Virus record (IMG/VR): IMGVR_UViG_3300029823_000004
Location: 1-42,230 of that record
Length of the DNA stretch: 42,230 bases
From: a virus
Taxonomy: Duplodnaviria > Caudoviricetes
Direction: 5' to 3' (one strand)
Shown: in pieces, positions 35,537 through 42,230 of the stretch
How positions within the stretch are numbered: the first letter of the stretch is position 1
Layout: the number at the start of each line of letters is the position of its first letter
Program-made: the position numbers and the translations under genes
Notes under the pieces: model-generated
Seen by the model: only the letters and a program-made list of their open reading frames with translations
Databases searched by the model: none
What the model was told of the DNA's origin: nothing

Positions 35537-36518
35537 CTTTTTTTACCCCCTTAAAATAGTTTTGAATTGTTATTAAATTCCTGATAGCAAGACTTATATC
35601 TGATAGTTCCATACCAATAAGTTCTGTTGTATCTAATACACAGTTCCACGCTTTCAATGAATCTTCGCTTGTACTTAACAATGCCACTTTAGATATAGCA
35701 TCTTCATATTTTTTTGAGTGTTTTATACAGCTATCAAGTTGTTCTTCAGTTAGATTGTTAAAATCAGTTATTCCGAAAATATGAGTTTCTTTTGGTTTCC
35801 TGAATTTATCAATCAAAACCGCGTTTTCAGGCAACGCCTTTTCAAGTTCTTCCTGTTTTTTCTTCTCCTCCTGTTCCTGCTTCTCTTTTTCAAGCTGTTC
35901 CTGATATTCTTTTTCAAGTTGCTCATTTTTCTTTTTAGTTTCTACAGCTGATTTAGTAAGAATATAAGCATTATTGATTGTCAAATCTCCAGCCTTTACC
36001 TGCCTTTTAATATCCTCTGGAGCCTGTTCCTCTATAACTTCAACTTTGTGAATAGTGTCATGTGATACTCCTGCTATTTGTGCTAATTCTTTTTTGGTGT
36101 CTATTGGCTGAATAGGTTCGTCAGACTTCTGACAAAGCTTTTCTTTTTTACCTACACCATAATTTTTACCAGCTTCGATTTTATTTTTTCTAGCCTTTTC
36201 CTCTATTACAGGCTTGAATTTAAGTGCTATTTGAGCAAGTTCATATTTGTTCAAATTCCTTCTGTTCTTCTGGTTACTCCAAATCCATTCCATAACTTCC
36301 AGTTTGTCTTTAAACTCCATTTCAGTTAGGTCAAATGGTATATTGTTTTTAGTACAAATATCATATCTGTGGTGACCGTCTATTAAAATGTTGTTCCATA
36401 CTACCAAAGGAGTTAGACAACCATTTTTTATAATGTCTTTTTCAAGTTCTGCTTTCTGTTCCTCTGTTAGTGGTGGTAATAAATGTTTAAATTCAGATTC
36501 GATTTTTATATCACTCAA
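35529..36518 (-). CDS. ParB N-terminal-like domain protein with HTH and coiled coil
   Basis: LLPPLTEEQ..L..DI..NGCLTPLVVW..LIDGHHRY, NQ..RRNL and ELAQIAGVSHDTI. Confidence 0.8.
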   Translation of the reverse strand: MSDIKIESEFKHLLPPLTEEQKAELEKDIIKNGCLTPLVVWNNILIDGHHRYDICTKNNIPFDLTEMEFKDKLEVMEWIWSNQKNRRNLNKYELAQIALKFKPVIEEKARKNKIEAGKNYGVGKKEKLCQKSDEPIQPIDTKKELAQIAGVSHDTIHKVEVIEEQAPEDIKRQVKAGDLTINNAYILTKSAVETKKKNEQLEKEYQEQLEKEKQEQEEKKKQEELEKALPENAVLIDKFRKPKETHIFGITDFNNLTEEQLDSCIKHSKKYEDAISKVALLSTSEDSLKAWNCVLDTTELIGMELSDISLAIRNLITIQNYFKGVKKDG

Positions 36519-36546
36519 TTTTATTTATCTCACCTTCCTTTTTAAT

Positions 36547-36711
36547 TCAAAATATTGTTTCCATTTCTTCATAATCATCATCTAGTAAAGTAACGTTAAA
36601 TAAATTTCCATGGTCTTTTTCCATTTTAAAAGCTTCTGTTATGGCTTTCTCATTACTCTCTGCTTCAAAAACTTCTATTTCATTATCTTCAAATTCAGCC
36701 TGGTATTTCAT
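36547..36711 (-). CDS. Highly acidic 54-aa protein
   Basis: Not in ORF track. MKYQAEFEDNEIEVFEAESNEKAITEAFKMEKDHGNLFNVTLLDDDYEEMETIF; GGAGG RBS. Confidence 0.75.
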   Translation of the reverse strand: MKYQAEFEDNEIEVFEAESNEKAITEAFKMEKDHGNLFNVTLLDDDYEEMETIF

Positions 36712-36727
36712 TACTTCAGCCTCCCTC

Positions 36728-36871
36728 CTATTTCCTAAAAGCTCTCTTGTACTCTTTAAGCGCCATAGTCTTTAACTTCCTGGCATACTTTTCAGCATCC
36801 ACGTGCGACATACTAAAGCTCTCTGCTATAATCCTAGTCAATTCGTGCATTGCATTATACTGTTCCTGCAT
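36728..36871 (-). CDS. Hypothetical 47-aa protein
   Basis: Not in ORF track. MQEQYNAMHELTRIIAESFSMSHVDAEKYARKLKTMALKEYKRAFRK; AGGTG RBS. Confidence 0.6.
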   Translation of the reverse strand: MQEQYNAMHELTRIIAESFSMSHVDAEKYARKLKTMALKEYKRAFRK

Positions 36872-37011
36872 ATTTAACACCTGCCTTATAAATTGCTATG
36901 TATGACAAGTGGCCATTGCGGCACTAATGAAGTGAATTGTATTTCAGATGTATTTATATAGATATGGCTTGTAGCATATGTTGAAAGAATATTTTAATTC
37001 TTTCTTCATTT

Positions 37012-37305
37012 TTATTTAAAATAAATAACTTCTGTAGCAATGATGCTCATCTTTGCAATAGCTTCCTCCGTCTTCTCTGCTCTAGACTTCCAGTATTCCA
37101 ACTCTTTTTCCATCCTTCTCCATTCTAGAGGGGAATGTTTTTCTAATTTAACTCCCTCCAACTCGGCAATGTATTGAGGATTAAATCTTATAGATGGAAT
37201 ATTTTTTATTGGAGCTATTATTTCATCCGCAATATAGTTATCTATAGTTGGAAGGCTTACTTTCCATCTTTGAGCAAGATCTTTTTTAGTCAAAAGTTGT
37301 TCCAA
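37012..37305 (-). CDS. Excisionase-like HTH protein
   Basis: LLTKKDLAQRWKVSLPTI..Y winged-HTH signature; follows cro. Confidence 0.7.
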   Translation of the reverse strand: MEQLLTKKDLAQRWKVSLPTIDNYIADEIIAPIKNIPSIRFNPQYIAELEGVKLEKHSPLEWRRMEKELEYWKSRAEKTEEAIAKMSIIATEVIYFK

Positions 37306-37351
37306 TTTTTATCCCTCTTTTCTTTTTAATTTGCCTGAACAAACGGGTAAA

Positions 37352-37576
37352 TTAATTATCAAGTAATTCTTTAAATAAATAGGGAATATCTTTGTTTGGA
37401 AAAAAAGTTCTATTTATAATGAAAGCCTCGTTTAAATACAGTGGTCTCTTCCCAGAGAGTTTTCCACTCATGGTATCCCTATTAACACCAACTTCATTCG
37501 CCATTTTTTTAATCGTAATTTGATTTCTCGCCATTTCTGCTCTAAGATTTTCAAATCTTATACTTGTGGGTCTCAT
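37352..37576 (-). CDS. Cro-like XRE regulator
   Basis: NLRAEMAR..ITIKKMANEVGVNRDTMSGKLSG; divergent from the repressor. Confidence 0.85.
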   Translation of the reverse strand: MRPTSIRFENLRAEMARNQITIKKMANEVGVNRDTMSGKLSGKRPLYLNEAFIINRTFFPNKDIPYLFKELLDN

Positions 37577-37596
37577 ATTTTTTTCGCCTCCTTAAT

Positions 37597-37699
37597 CACG
37601 CAATGCGTTGTTTGTAATCTAATAATATAACGCATTGCGTTAAATGTCAATAGTTTTTCTTCATTTTCTCATTGCAATGCGTTAAATTTATAGTATAAT
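37597..37699. promoter_or_regulatory. Lysis-lysogeny switch: three operators and divergent promoters
   Basis: CACGCAATGCGTT 37597-37609, AACGCATTGCGTT 37629-37641, ATTGCAATGCGTT 37671-37683; leftward TTGACA-N17-TATTAT (37650-37622); rightward TTGCAA-N16-TATAAT (37672-37699). Confidence 0.85.
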
Positions 37700-37722
37700 G
37701 TTTTCTAGGAGGAGATAAAATT

Positions 37723-38085
37723 ATGGATTTTTATAAAATACTATTAGACATTATGGAAGAAAAGTCATTCAACATACCAGACGTAGCACGTGCTACAGGT
37801 TTATCTGATTCAACAATAAGGAGTATTATTTCTAGAAAAACAAAAAACATAACTTTAGAGGTTGCTTTTAAACTGTCTAAAGGTTTAAATGTTAGTCTAG
37901 AAAGATTAAATGGTGAAAATATAAACTCTGTCACTAAATTAGCTAAAGATGAGGAGGAATTATTAATTAAATATCGCAAGCTTTCTCATAATGCAAAAAT
38001 GCAAATAATCGGTATGGTTGATATTAAACTTCAAGATGAACAATGTGCCACCCTAGACGATAATCCTATTATTAAACGAGCCTAA
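37723..38085 (+). CDS. CI-like XRE repressor (no S24 peptidase domain)
   Basis: IPDVARATGLSDSTIRSII HTH; C-terminal DEEELLIKYRKLS; AGGAGG RBS. Confidence 0.88.
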   Translation: MDFYKILLDIMEEKSFNIPDVARATGLSDSTIRSIISRKTKNITLEVAFKLSKGLNVSLERLNGENINSVTKLAKDEEELLIKYRKLSHNAKMQIIGMVDIKLQDEQCATLDDNPIIKRA

Positions 38086-38167
38086 AATGTAATATACATA
38101 AAATGCGGAAAAAAGTAAAAACAGAGGTATTTTGTTATACCTCTTATTGTACAAGGAGGAAAATTAC

Positions 38168-39253
38168 ATGGATTACAATGTTACTTATCGAAAAAAGGAT
38201 AAAGGAATACAATTTATTATTTCCTATAAAGATTCAAAAGGCAAATGGAAGCAAAAATCAAGACAGGGGTTTAAAACACAAAAAGAGGCTAAGCCCATTA
38301 TAACCCAAATAATAAAACAATTAGAAAAAGATTTAGAACTACGGTCTAACCTAAATAGTGACCTTGAAGGGATAACATTCAAAGAATATTACATGGCATT
38401 TATTGAACACCAAAAATTATACAAAGAATTCAATACTATTCAACATTATAAGGCAACATTTAATGCATTTAGCAAACTTAATGAGTATGCTGTAATAAAA
38501 ATAAAAAGTTCAGATATACAAAAATGCGTTGACAAATTCGTTGAAAATGGCTATAGCGAAAATTCAATCAAAGGATTCTTATCTTCTATACACTATGCCT
38601 TTAATTATGCGATTAAAAAAGAAAAAATTATTTTAAATAATCCTGTTCAAGATATAGATTTTAAGATTAGTAAAAGTAAAAATAATAAAACGGCTCTTAC
38701 AAAAAAAGAAACAAATGATTTATTAGATAAAATAAAAAACAAAAAGCTTCATCTTATATCAATGATTGCTGCGAAATGTGGACTTAGAATAAGTGAAATA
38801 TTAGGATTAACTTGGAGCGATATTGATACTAAGAATAGTATGCTTATAGTAAATAAGCAGTGGAAAATGGATAAAAATGGCCAGTATAACTTCGGAGAAG
38901 TTAAAGGCAAAAACTCAATCCGAAAAGTACCTATGCCAAAAGATTTAATGAAAGAATTTAAAATATATAAGAGTGAACAAAAAATTTTAAATTTAAATGA
39001 CAGAATTTTTGATTATAATTCAAGAGAATCAATCTCTGCTACCCTTTGTAACACGTATAAAAAAAACGGGTATAAAATATCGGTTCATGAGCTTAGGCAT
39101 ACATATGCCACTACCCTTATAGGTAATGGCTTAGATTTCAAAACAACGGCCAGTCTTTTAGGACATGATGTAAAACAAACAATGGATACCTATGCCCATG
39201 TAACCCAAGATATGCTTGATAAAGCTAAAAAAATTATAAATGAAAATCTATAA
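38168..39253 (+). CDS. int: Tyrosine integrase
   Basis: N-terminal arm-binding KQKSRQGFKTQKEA; catalytic GLRISE, HELRHT, LLGH and DTYAH; AAGGAGG RBS before ATG 38168. Confidence 0.95.
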   Translation: MDYNVTYRKKDKGIQFIISYKDSKGKWKQKSRQGFKTQKEAKPIITQIIKQLEKDLELRSNLNSDLEGITFKEYYMAFIEHQKLYKEFNTIQHYKATFNAFSKLNEYAVIKIKSSDIQKCVDKFVENGYSENSIKGFLSSIHYAFNYAIKKEKIILNNPVQDIDFKISKSKNNKTALTKKETNDLLDKIKNKKLHLISMIAAKCGLRISEILGLTWSDIDTKNSMLIVNKQWKMDKNGQYNFGEVKGKNSIRKVPMPKDLMKEFKIYKSEQKILNLNDRIFDYNSRESISATLCNTYKKNGYKISVHELRHTYATTLIGNGLDFKTTASLLGHDVKQTMDTYAHVTQDMLDKAKKIINENL

Positions 39254-39471
39254 TATATTTTTGACGAATTTTTGACGAATTAACCACATGCCCCCTATTC
39301 TACTGCATCAAGACCTTGAAACTGCATATTATAATAATATAAGAAAGTACTATTTATATTATATAAAATTATATAATATACTATGATTAGTCCATTTATA
39401 ATAACATAAAAATAAATACTTACAATATATTATATAATATCTTATAATATATTTTTGACGAATTTTTGACG
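39249..39471. repeat. attP-like region: two identical 29-bp arm-type repeats
   Basis: TATAATATATTTTTGACGAATTTTTGACG at 39249-39277 and 39443-39471, each containing two TTTTTGACG at 11-bp period. Confidence 0.8.
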
Positions 39472-39479
39472 GCAAAACA

Positions 39480-39509
39480 AAACTCCAACTTAATTTCAAG
39501 TTGGAGTTT
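39480..39509. terminator. Hairpin terminator beside att region
   Basis: AAACTCCAACTT-AATTTC-AAGTTGGAGTTT, perfect 12-bp stem. Confidence 0.7.
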
Positions 39510-39580
39510 CTTCACTATTGTATAGTTAAATAAACTTATTTATATTTTCTTTTAATAATCCAATGGAAATACCAATTGAT

Positions 39581-39612
39581 ATATTTCCTGTTTAAATTTA
39601 AACAGGAAATAT
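39581..39612. repeat. Perfect 32-bp palindrome
   Basis: ATATTTCCTGTTTAAA|TTTAAACAGGAAATAT, 4 bp upstream of a TTGACA box at 39617. Confidence 0.85.
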
Positions 39613-39683
39613 TTATTTGACATAAATATATATTTTATATAATATTTGTAGTGTAAATTGTATTTTAAGGGGATGAATTATAA

Positions 39684-40175
39684 ATGTATAAATCAATCAA
39701 AAGAATTACCATATTTTTAATGGTTACACTGTTGTTATTTGCTTTAATTGGATGCAGTAGTGGTACAGGCTCAAATGTCAGTAATAAACCTAAACCAAAG
39801 CCAAAAATAACAGCTCAATATATAGTTGATACTCTAAAAACCAAAGAAGGCAACTATATGACAAATATAACTGTTGTTACAGCCGAAAATGATGAAAATA
39901 AACTTTTAGGAAGACCTAATCAATATGTCCAAAAAATAACCTGGAAAGACAGCAGATCAAAAGATTCTAATGTAGATTGCTCAGTTGAATTTTTTAACAA
40001 TAAAGAAGACGCTACAGCAAGAAAAACTTATATACAAAATATAATAAAATCTATGCCAATGCTTACCCAATACATAGAACAAAATAATAAAGCCTTACTA
40101 AGAATAGATGGAGTATTAACACCAGATCAGTCAAAAGAATATATGGATATATTTAAAACTATAAATGGTAATTAA
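39684..40175 (+). CDS. Lipoprotein moron
   Basis: Signal peptide with lipobox LIG-C; DENKLLGRPNQY motif; own promoter-like TTGACA/TATAAT. Confidence 0.8.
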   Translation: MYKSIKRITIFLMVTLLLFALIGCSSGTGSNVSNKPKPKPKITAQYIVDTLKTKEGNYMTNITVVTAENDENKLLGRPNQYVQKITWKDSRSKDSNVDCSVEFFNNKEDATARKTYIQNIIKSMPMLTQYIEQNNKALLRIDGVLTPDQSKEYMDIFKTINGN

Positions 40176-40223
40176 AAATTTATAAAAAATATAATATATG
40201 TATAGCTGAAATACTTAATTAGA

Positions 40224-40250
40224 AAAGGAGCAATATATTAATGCTCCTTT
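40224..40250. terminator. Bidirectional terminator between convergent morons
   Basis: AAAGGAGCA-ATATATTAA-TGCTCCTTT with A/T flanks. Confidence 0.75.
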
Positions 40251-40262
40251 GTTTTTATTCAT

Positions 40263-40907
40263 TTAATTGAGCGTAACTATAACCTGGCCACCTGTAAGAA
40301 AAGAACTGTCAAACTCCAATTCTAATCCTGTTTGACCTTGAGGTACTTCAACTACATATACACCTGTTATTTTTCTTCCTACTCCTATTGTGCCATCTAA
40401 TTGTCCAGCATTAGCAGCAGTTTGCCCAGTTAAAGAATATTCGCAAGCTCTACCGTCTTTATCTACTACTTTAAACATTATCATAGAAGAAAGATTTTGT
40501 TCTTCTTTAGATATATTTTCTACAGTACAATCTATAGCTAAAAATTCATTTCCGTCTTTAGGTTTAGCAAAGTCATTTCCTTCAACTGTATATACTTTAT
40601 TGACAGTTATTTTATAATCTTTTAACTGTACTACATCTCCAACCTTAAATGTTTCTGTTTTATTTTGGGTTGTTTCCTGCTTGGTTTGGGTTGTATCATT
40701 CGTGCTAGTCTTAACTGCCGTATCTTTCTTATCATTTCCACTTAGAGCCCCAATACCGCCTAACGCTACTAAAATAATTATTACTGATAATACCTTATGT
40801 CTCATAAACCAATTTCTTTGGTCTTTGCCGCAATGAGGACATTTACTAACGCCTTTTGCGATATCTGCATTACACGCTTTACATTTTGTCATGTTGTTAT
40901 TTTCCAA
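40263..40907 (-). CDS. Zinc-ribbon, transmembrane and DUF4352-like extracellular domain protein
   Basis: CKAC..CPHCG ribbon, WFMRHKVL plus TM helix, FKVGDVV..KPKDGNEF..VENIS..FKVVDKDG. Confidence 0.85.
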   Translation of the reverse strand: MENNNMTKCKACNADIAKGVSKCPHCGKDQRNWFMRHKVLSVIIILVALGGIGALSGNDKKDTAVKTSTNDTTQTKQETTQNKTETFKVGDVVQLKDYKITVNKVYTVEGNDFAKPKDGNEFLAIDCTVENISKEEQNLSSMIMFKVVDKDGRACEYSLTGQTAANAGQLDGTIGVGRKITGVYVVEVPQGQTGLELEFDSSFLTGGQVIVTLN

Positions 40908-40944
40908 TGAAATTCCTCCCTTATTTATGTATATTTTTATTTAT

Positions 40945-40973
40945 ATTGTAACAATATAGTAACAGTTTGTCCA
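40945..40973 (-). promoter_or_regulatory. SigA-type promoter of DUF4352-like gene
   Basis: TGGACA-N17-TACAAT with TG extension. Confidence 0.6.
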
Positions 40974-40984
40974 TATTTAGACAT

Positions 40985-41113
40985 AAAAGTAAAGCCTGTA
41001 TCATTTGAGGTACAAGCTTTCTTGAATGCTCGAACTTTTAAATAAATATAAAACATAGTAAATTGGATATAAAAAAGTAACTAATTAAGGAGATTAATGT
41101 TATAAATATATAA
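40985..41113 (-). ncRNA. Candidate small RNA 2
   Basis: TTGTAA-N17-TAAAAT (41148-41120), no sense ORF with an RBS seen, terminator hairpin 40991-41020. Confidence 0.35.
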
Positions 41114-41149
41114 TACATCATTTTACCAAAAAGTACAAGTCTTTACAAT

Positions 41150-41271
41150 AAAAATAAACCCTGCCAGAAAATCCAGCAAGGTTAAAGTAAATAATTGTGT
41201 TTTGGAGTTTAGGTTCAGAAATTAAATTGTATTTATGCTTATAAAAAATTAATTAAAAATATTAATCCTAT
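41150..41271 (-). ncRNA. Candidate small RNA 1
   Basis: TTTACA-N17-TATCAT (41306-41278), no sense ORF with an RBS seen, G-U-containing terminator hairpin 41157-41183 with T tail. Confidence 0.35.
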
Positions 41272-41325
41272 AAGTATATGATACACGATTTTGAAAGTCA
41301 TGTAAATGGTTTCAAACAAAAAATA

Positions 41326-41347
41326 TAGTGGCCTATTAAGACCACTA
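41326..41347 (-). terminator. Terminator after holin-like gene
   Basis: TAGTGGTC-TTAATA-GGCCACTA then TATTTTT. Confidence 0.6.
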
Positions 41348-41350
41348 AAA

Positions 41351-41767
41351 TTAATTCTGTGCTGTTTTATCCTCTGCGACTATTGTATTTTCTGTAGTAC
41401 CTTTGCTTACCTGCATAGGTGTCAATATTCCCTCCCCTATCTTCATAACACCATTACAAACCTCTTTATTTATAGCATCCAACTCATTCTGTGTAAGTCC
41501 TGGTATTATTTCTAAAAGTCTTTTTTCCATCTCTGCTCTCTTGGCATCTCCAGCTTTAGCTATATCCTTAAATTCATCCTCCAACGCATAATATAAACCA
41601 TTTCCAACACTAAGGGCATGATTATAATTATATGCTCCTTTTTTAGCTGCAAGAGCCTGTTTTTGTACCTCTATTGCATCTGCAACCTTCTTTAGTACAA
41701 AGCTTCCCACAATACCTAAGACCCCTATAATAAACTGTACTCCCATGCTTAATATTTGTTCTTTCAT
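41351..41767 (-). CDS. Holin-like membrane protein (LL-H-like)
   Basis: N-terminal TM helix; follows endolysin; paralog of 1..238. Confidence 0.75.
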   Translation of the reverse strand: MKEQILSMGVQFIIGVLGIVGSFVLKKVADAIEVQKQALAAKKGAYNYNHALSVGNGLYYALEDEFKDIAKAGDAKRAEMEKRLLEIIPGLTQNELDAINKEVCNGVMKIGEGILTPMQVSKGTTENTIVAEDKTAQN

Positions 41768-41797
41768 TTTCTCATTCCTCCATAATCTTTATAATTT

Positions 41798-41819
41798 AAA
41801 AAGGAGCCTTTTAAGCTCC
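41798..41819 (-). terminator. Terminator after second endolysin
   Basis: GGAGC-loop-GCTCC plus T run; homologous to 267..289. Confidence 0.55.
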
Positions 41820-42230
41820 CTAGTTATTCAAAAATATACTCCATGTCTCCGGCTTTAGTATTCCATCCGTTGGCCTTTGCCAGTTCTTCTGGAGTTCAGT
41901 TACAGCCTGAAAAGTTGCTTCGTCATACAACATTGGAGTATAGGAATTTTCCTTTAGATAGCCATATTGTTCTAGTTTCTGCTGTAGCCATAAAACAACG
42001 TGGGACTTATGCCCTTTTACAATGATATCTTGAATTCCTTTCAATGCTGTCATAGTTGCTGAACCTGCTACTCCATCTACAGATAACCCTGCATTATAAT
42101 CAATATTCAAGTTATATTGTAGTGCTTTAATTTGCTCTATAAGTGGGTTTGGTTTTACTGGCTGTCTTGTACTAAAACTATTATAAAATGCTTCAGACAT
42201 ATAGTTTAAATCCAGGTATCCACTTATTCC
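41820..42230 (-). CDS. Endolysin C-terminal part (probable GH25 muramidase plus peptidoglycan-binding domain), 5' end beyond window
   Basis: Frame is open to the window edge: GISGYLDLNY (GH25 C-terminal motif), then a binding domain similar to that of 290..1126. Confidence 0.8.
   Translation of the reverse strand, partial: GISGYLDLNYMSEAFYNSFSTRQPVKPNPLIEQIKALQYNLNIDYNAGLSVDGVAGSATMTALKGIQDIIVKGHKSHVVLWLQQKLEQYGYLKENSYTPMLYDEATFQAVTELQKNWQRPTDGILKPETWSIFLNN

Larger units (their letters stand above)
1..39360 (-). mobile_element. Temperate siphovirus-like prophage 1 (left end lies beyond the window)
   Basis: Complete ordered set of integration, immunity, replication, packaging, head, tail and lysis genes. 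The right boundary is placed approximately between the two arm-type repeats after the integrase. Confidence 0.95.
39360..42230 (-). mobile_element. End of a second, related prophage (morons and lysis cassette), continuing beyond window
   Basis: Holin-like and endolysin genes paralogous to those at 1-480, same orientation; joined to prophage 1 through the attP-like site. Confidence 0.75.

Noticed and set aside
4783-36585. Numerous plus-strand ORFs of 60-150 aa in the ORF track
   Set aside because: They are antisense shadows of well-supported minus-strand phage genes, with no RBS or recognisable motifs.
36875-37010. 21-codon ORF after the excisionase-like gene
   Set aside because: Very short, no convincing RBS or recognisable motif.
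38103-38303. 66-aa ORF overlapping the integrase start, and the longer 38132 start
   Set aside because: The 66-aa ORF is out of frame with int, and the strong AAGGAGG RBS supports ATG 38168.
39319-39350. Resemblance of AAACTGCATATTATAATAATATAAGAAAGT to a Firmicute dif site
   Set aside because: The match is loose and spacing differs; it is better treated as a possible att core and cannot be supported by eye.
39581-39612. Protelomerase (telRL) site of a linear plasmid-phage
   Set aside because: No protelomerase gene seen; the element has a standard integrase and att arms.
1-42230. Terminal similarity as circular-permutation or assembly overlap of a single phage
   Set aside because: The copies differ at many positions and the lysins appear to have different catalytic domains.

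Overview
Low-GC, Clostridium-like DNA occupied almost entirely by one ~39-kb siphovirus-type prophage, mostly on the minus strand. From right to left it carries: integrase and CI/Cro switch with three palindromic operators; early small genes; a replication module (Cas4-like nuclease, SSB, PolA, primase-helicase, iteron-like origin, VRR-NUC, a SNF2 gene broken by an 8-nt insertion); late regulator; HNH/TerS/TerL; portal, ClpP protease and HK97-fold capsid; neck and tail genes with a -1 frameshift chaperone; a 1729-aa tape measure protein (TMP); baseplate and fibre; a self-contained surface-protein moron; and a holin/amidase/second holin lysis cassette. After the integrase there is no host DNA. 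Instead there is an apparently intact attP-like site, two envelope morons, two ORF-less promoter-terminator units and a second, diverged lysis cassette, which points to a tandem array of related prophages. Most notable candidates: two micro-ORFs missed by the ORF track that resemble the C- and N-termini of tape measure proteins; the same Ig-like domain fused to both the neck connector and the tail tube; an HTH-MazG fusion; a ParB-like two-gene module; and an acidic 54-aa early protein. All family calls are from motif recognition by eye, with no database search.
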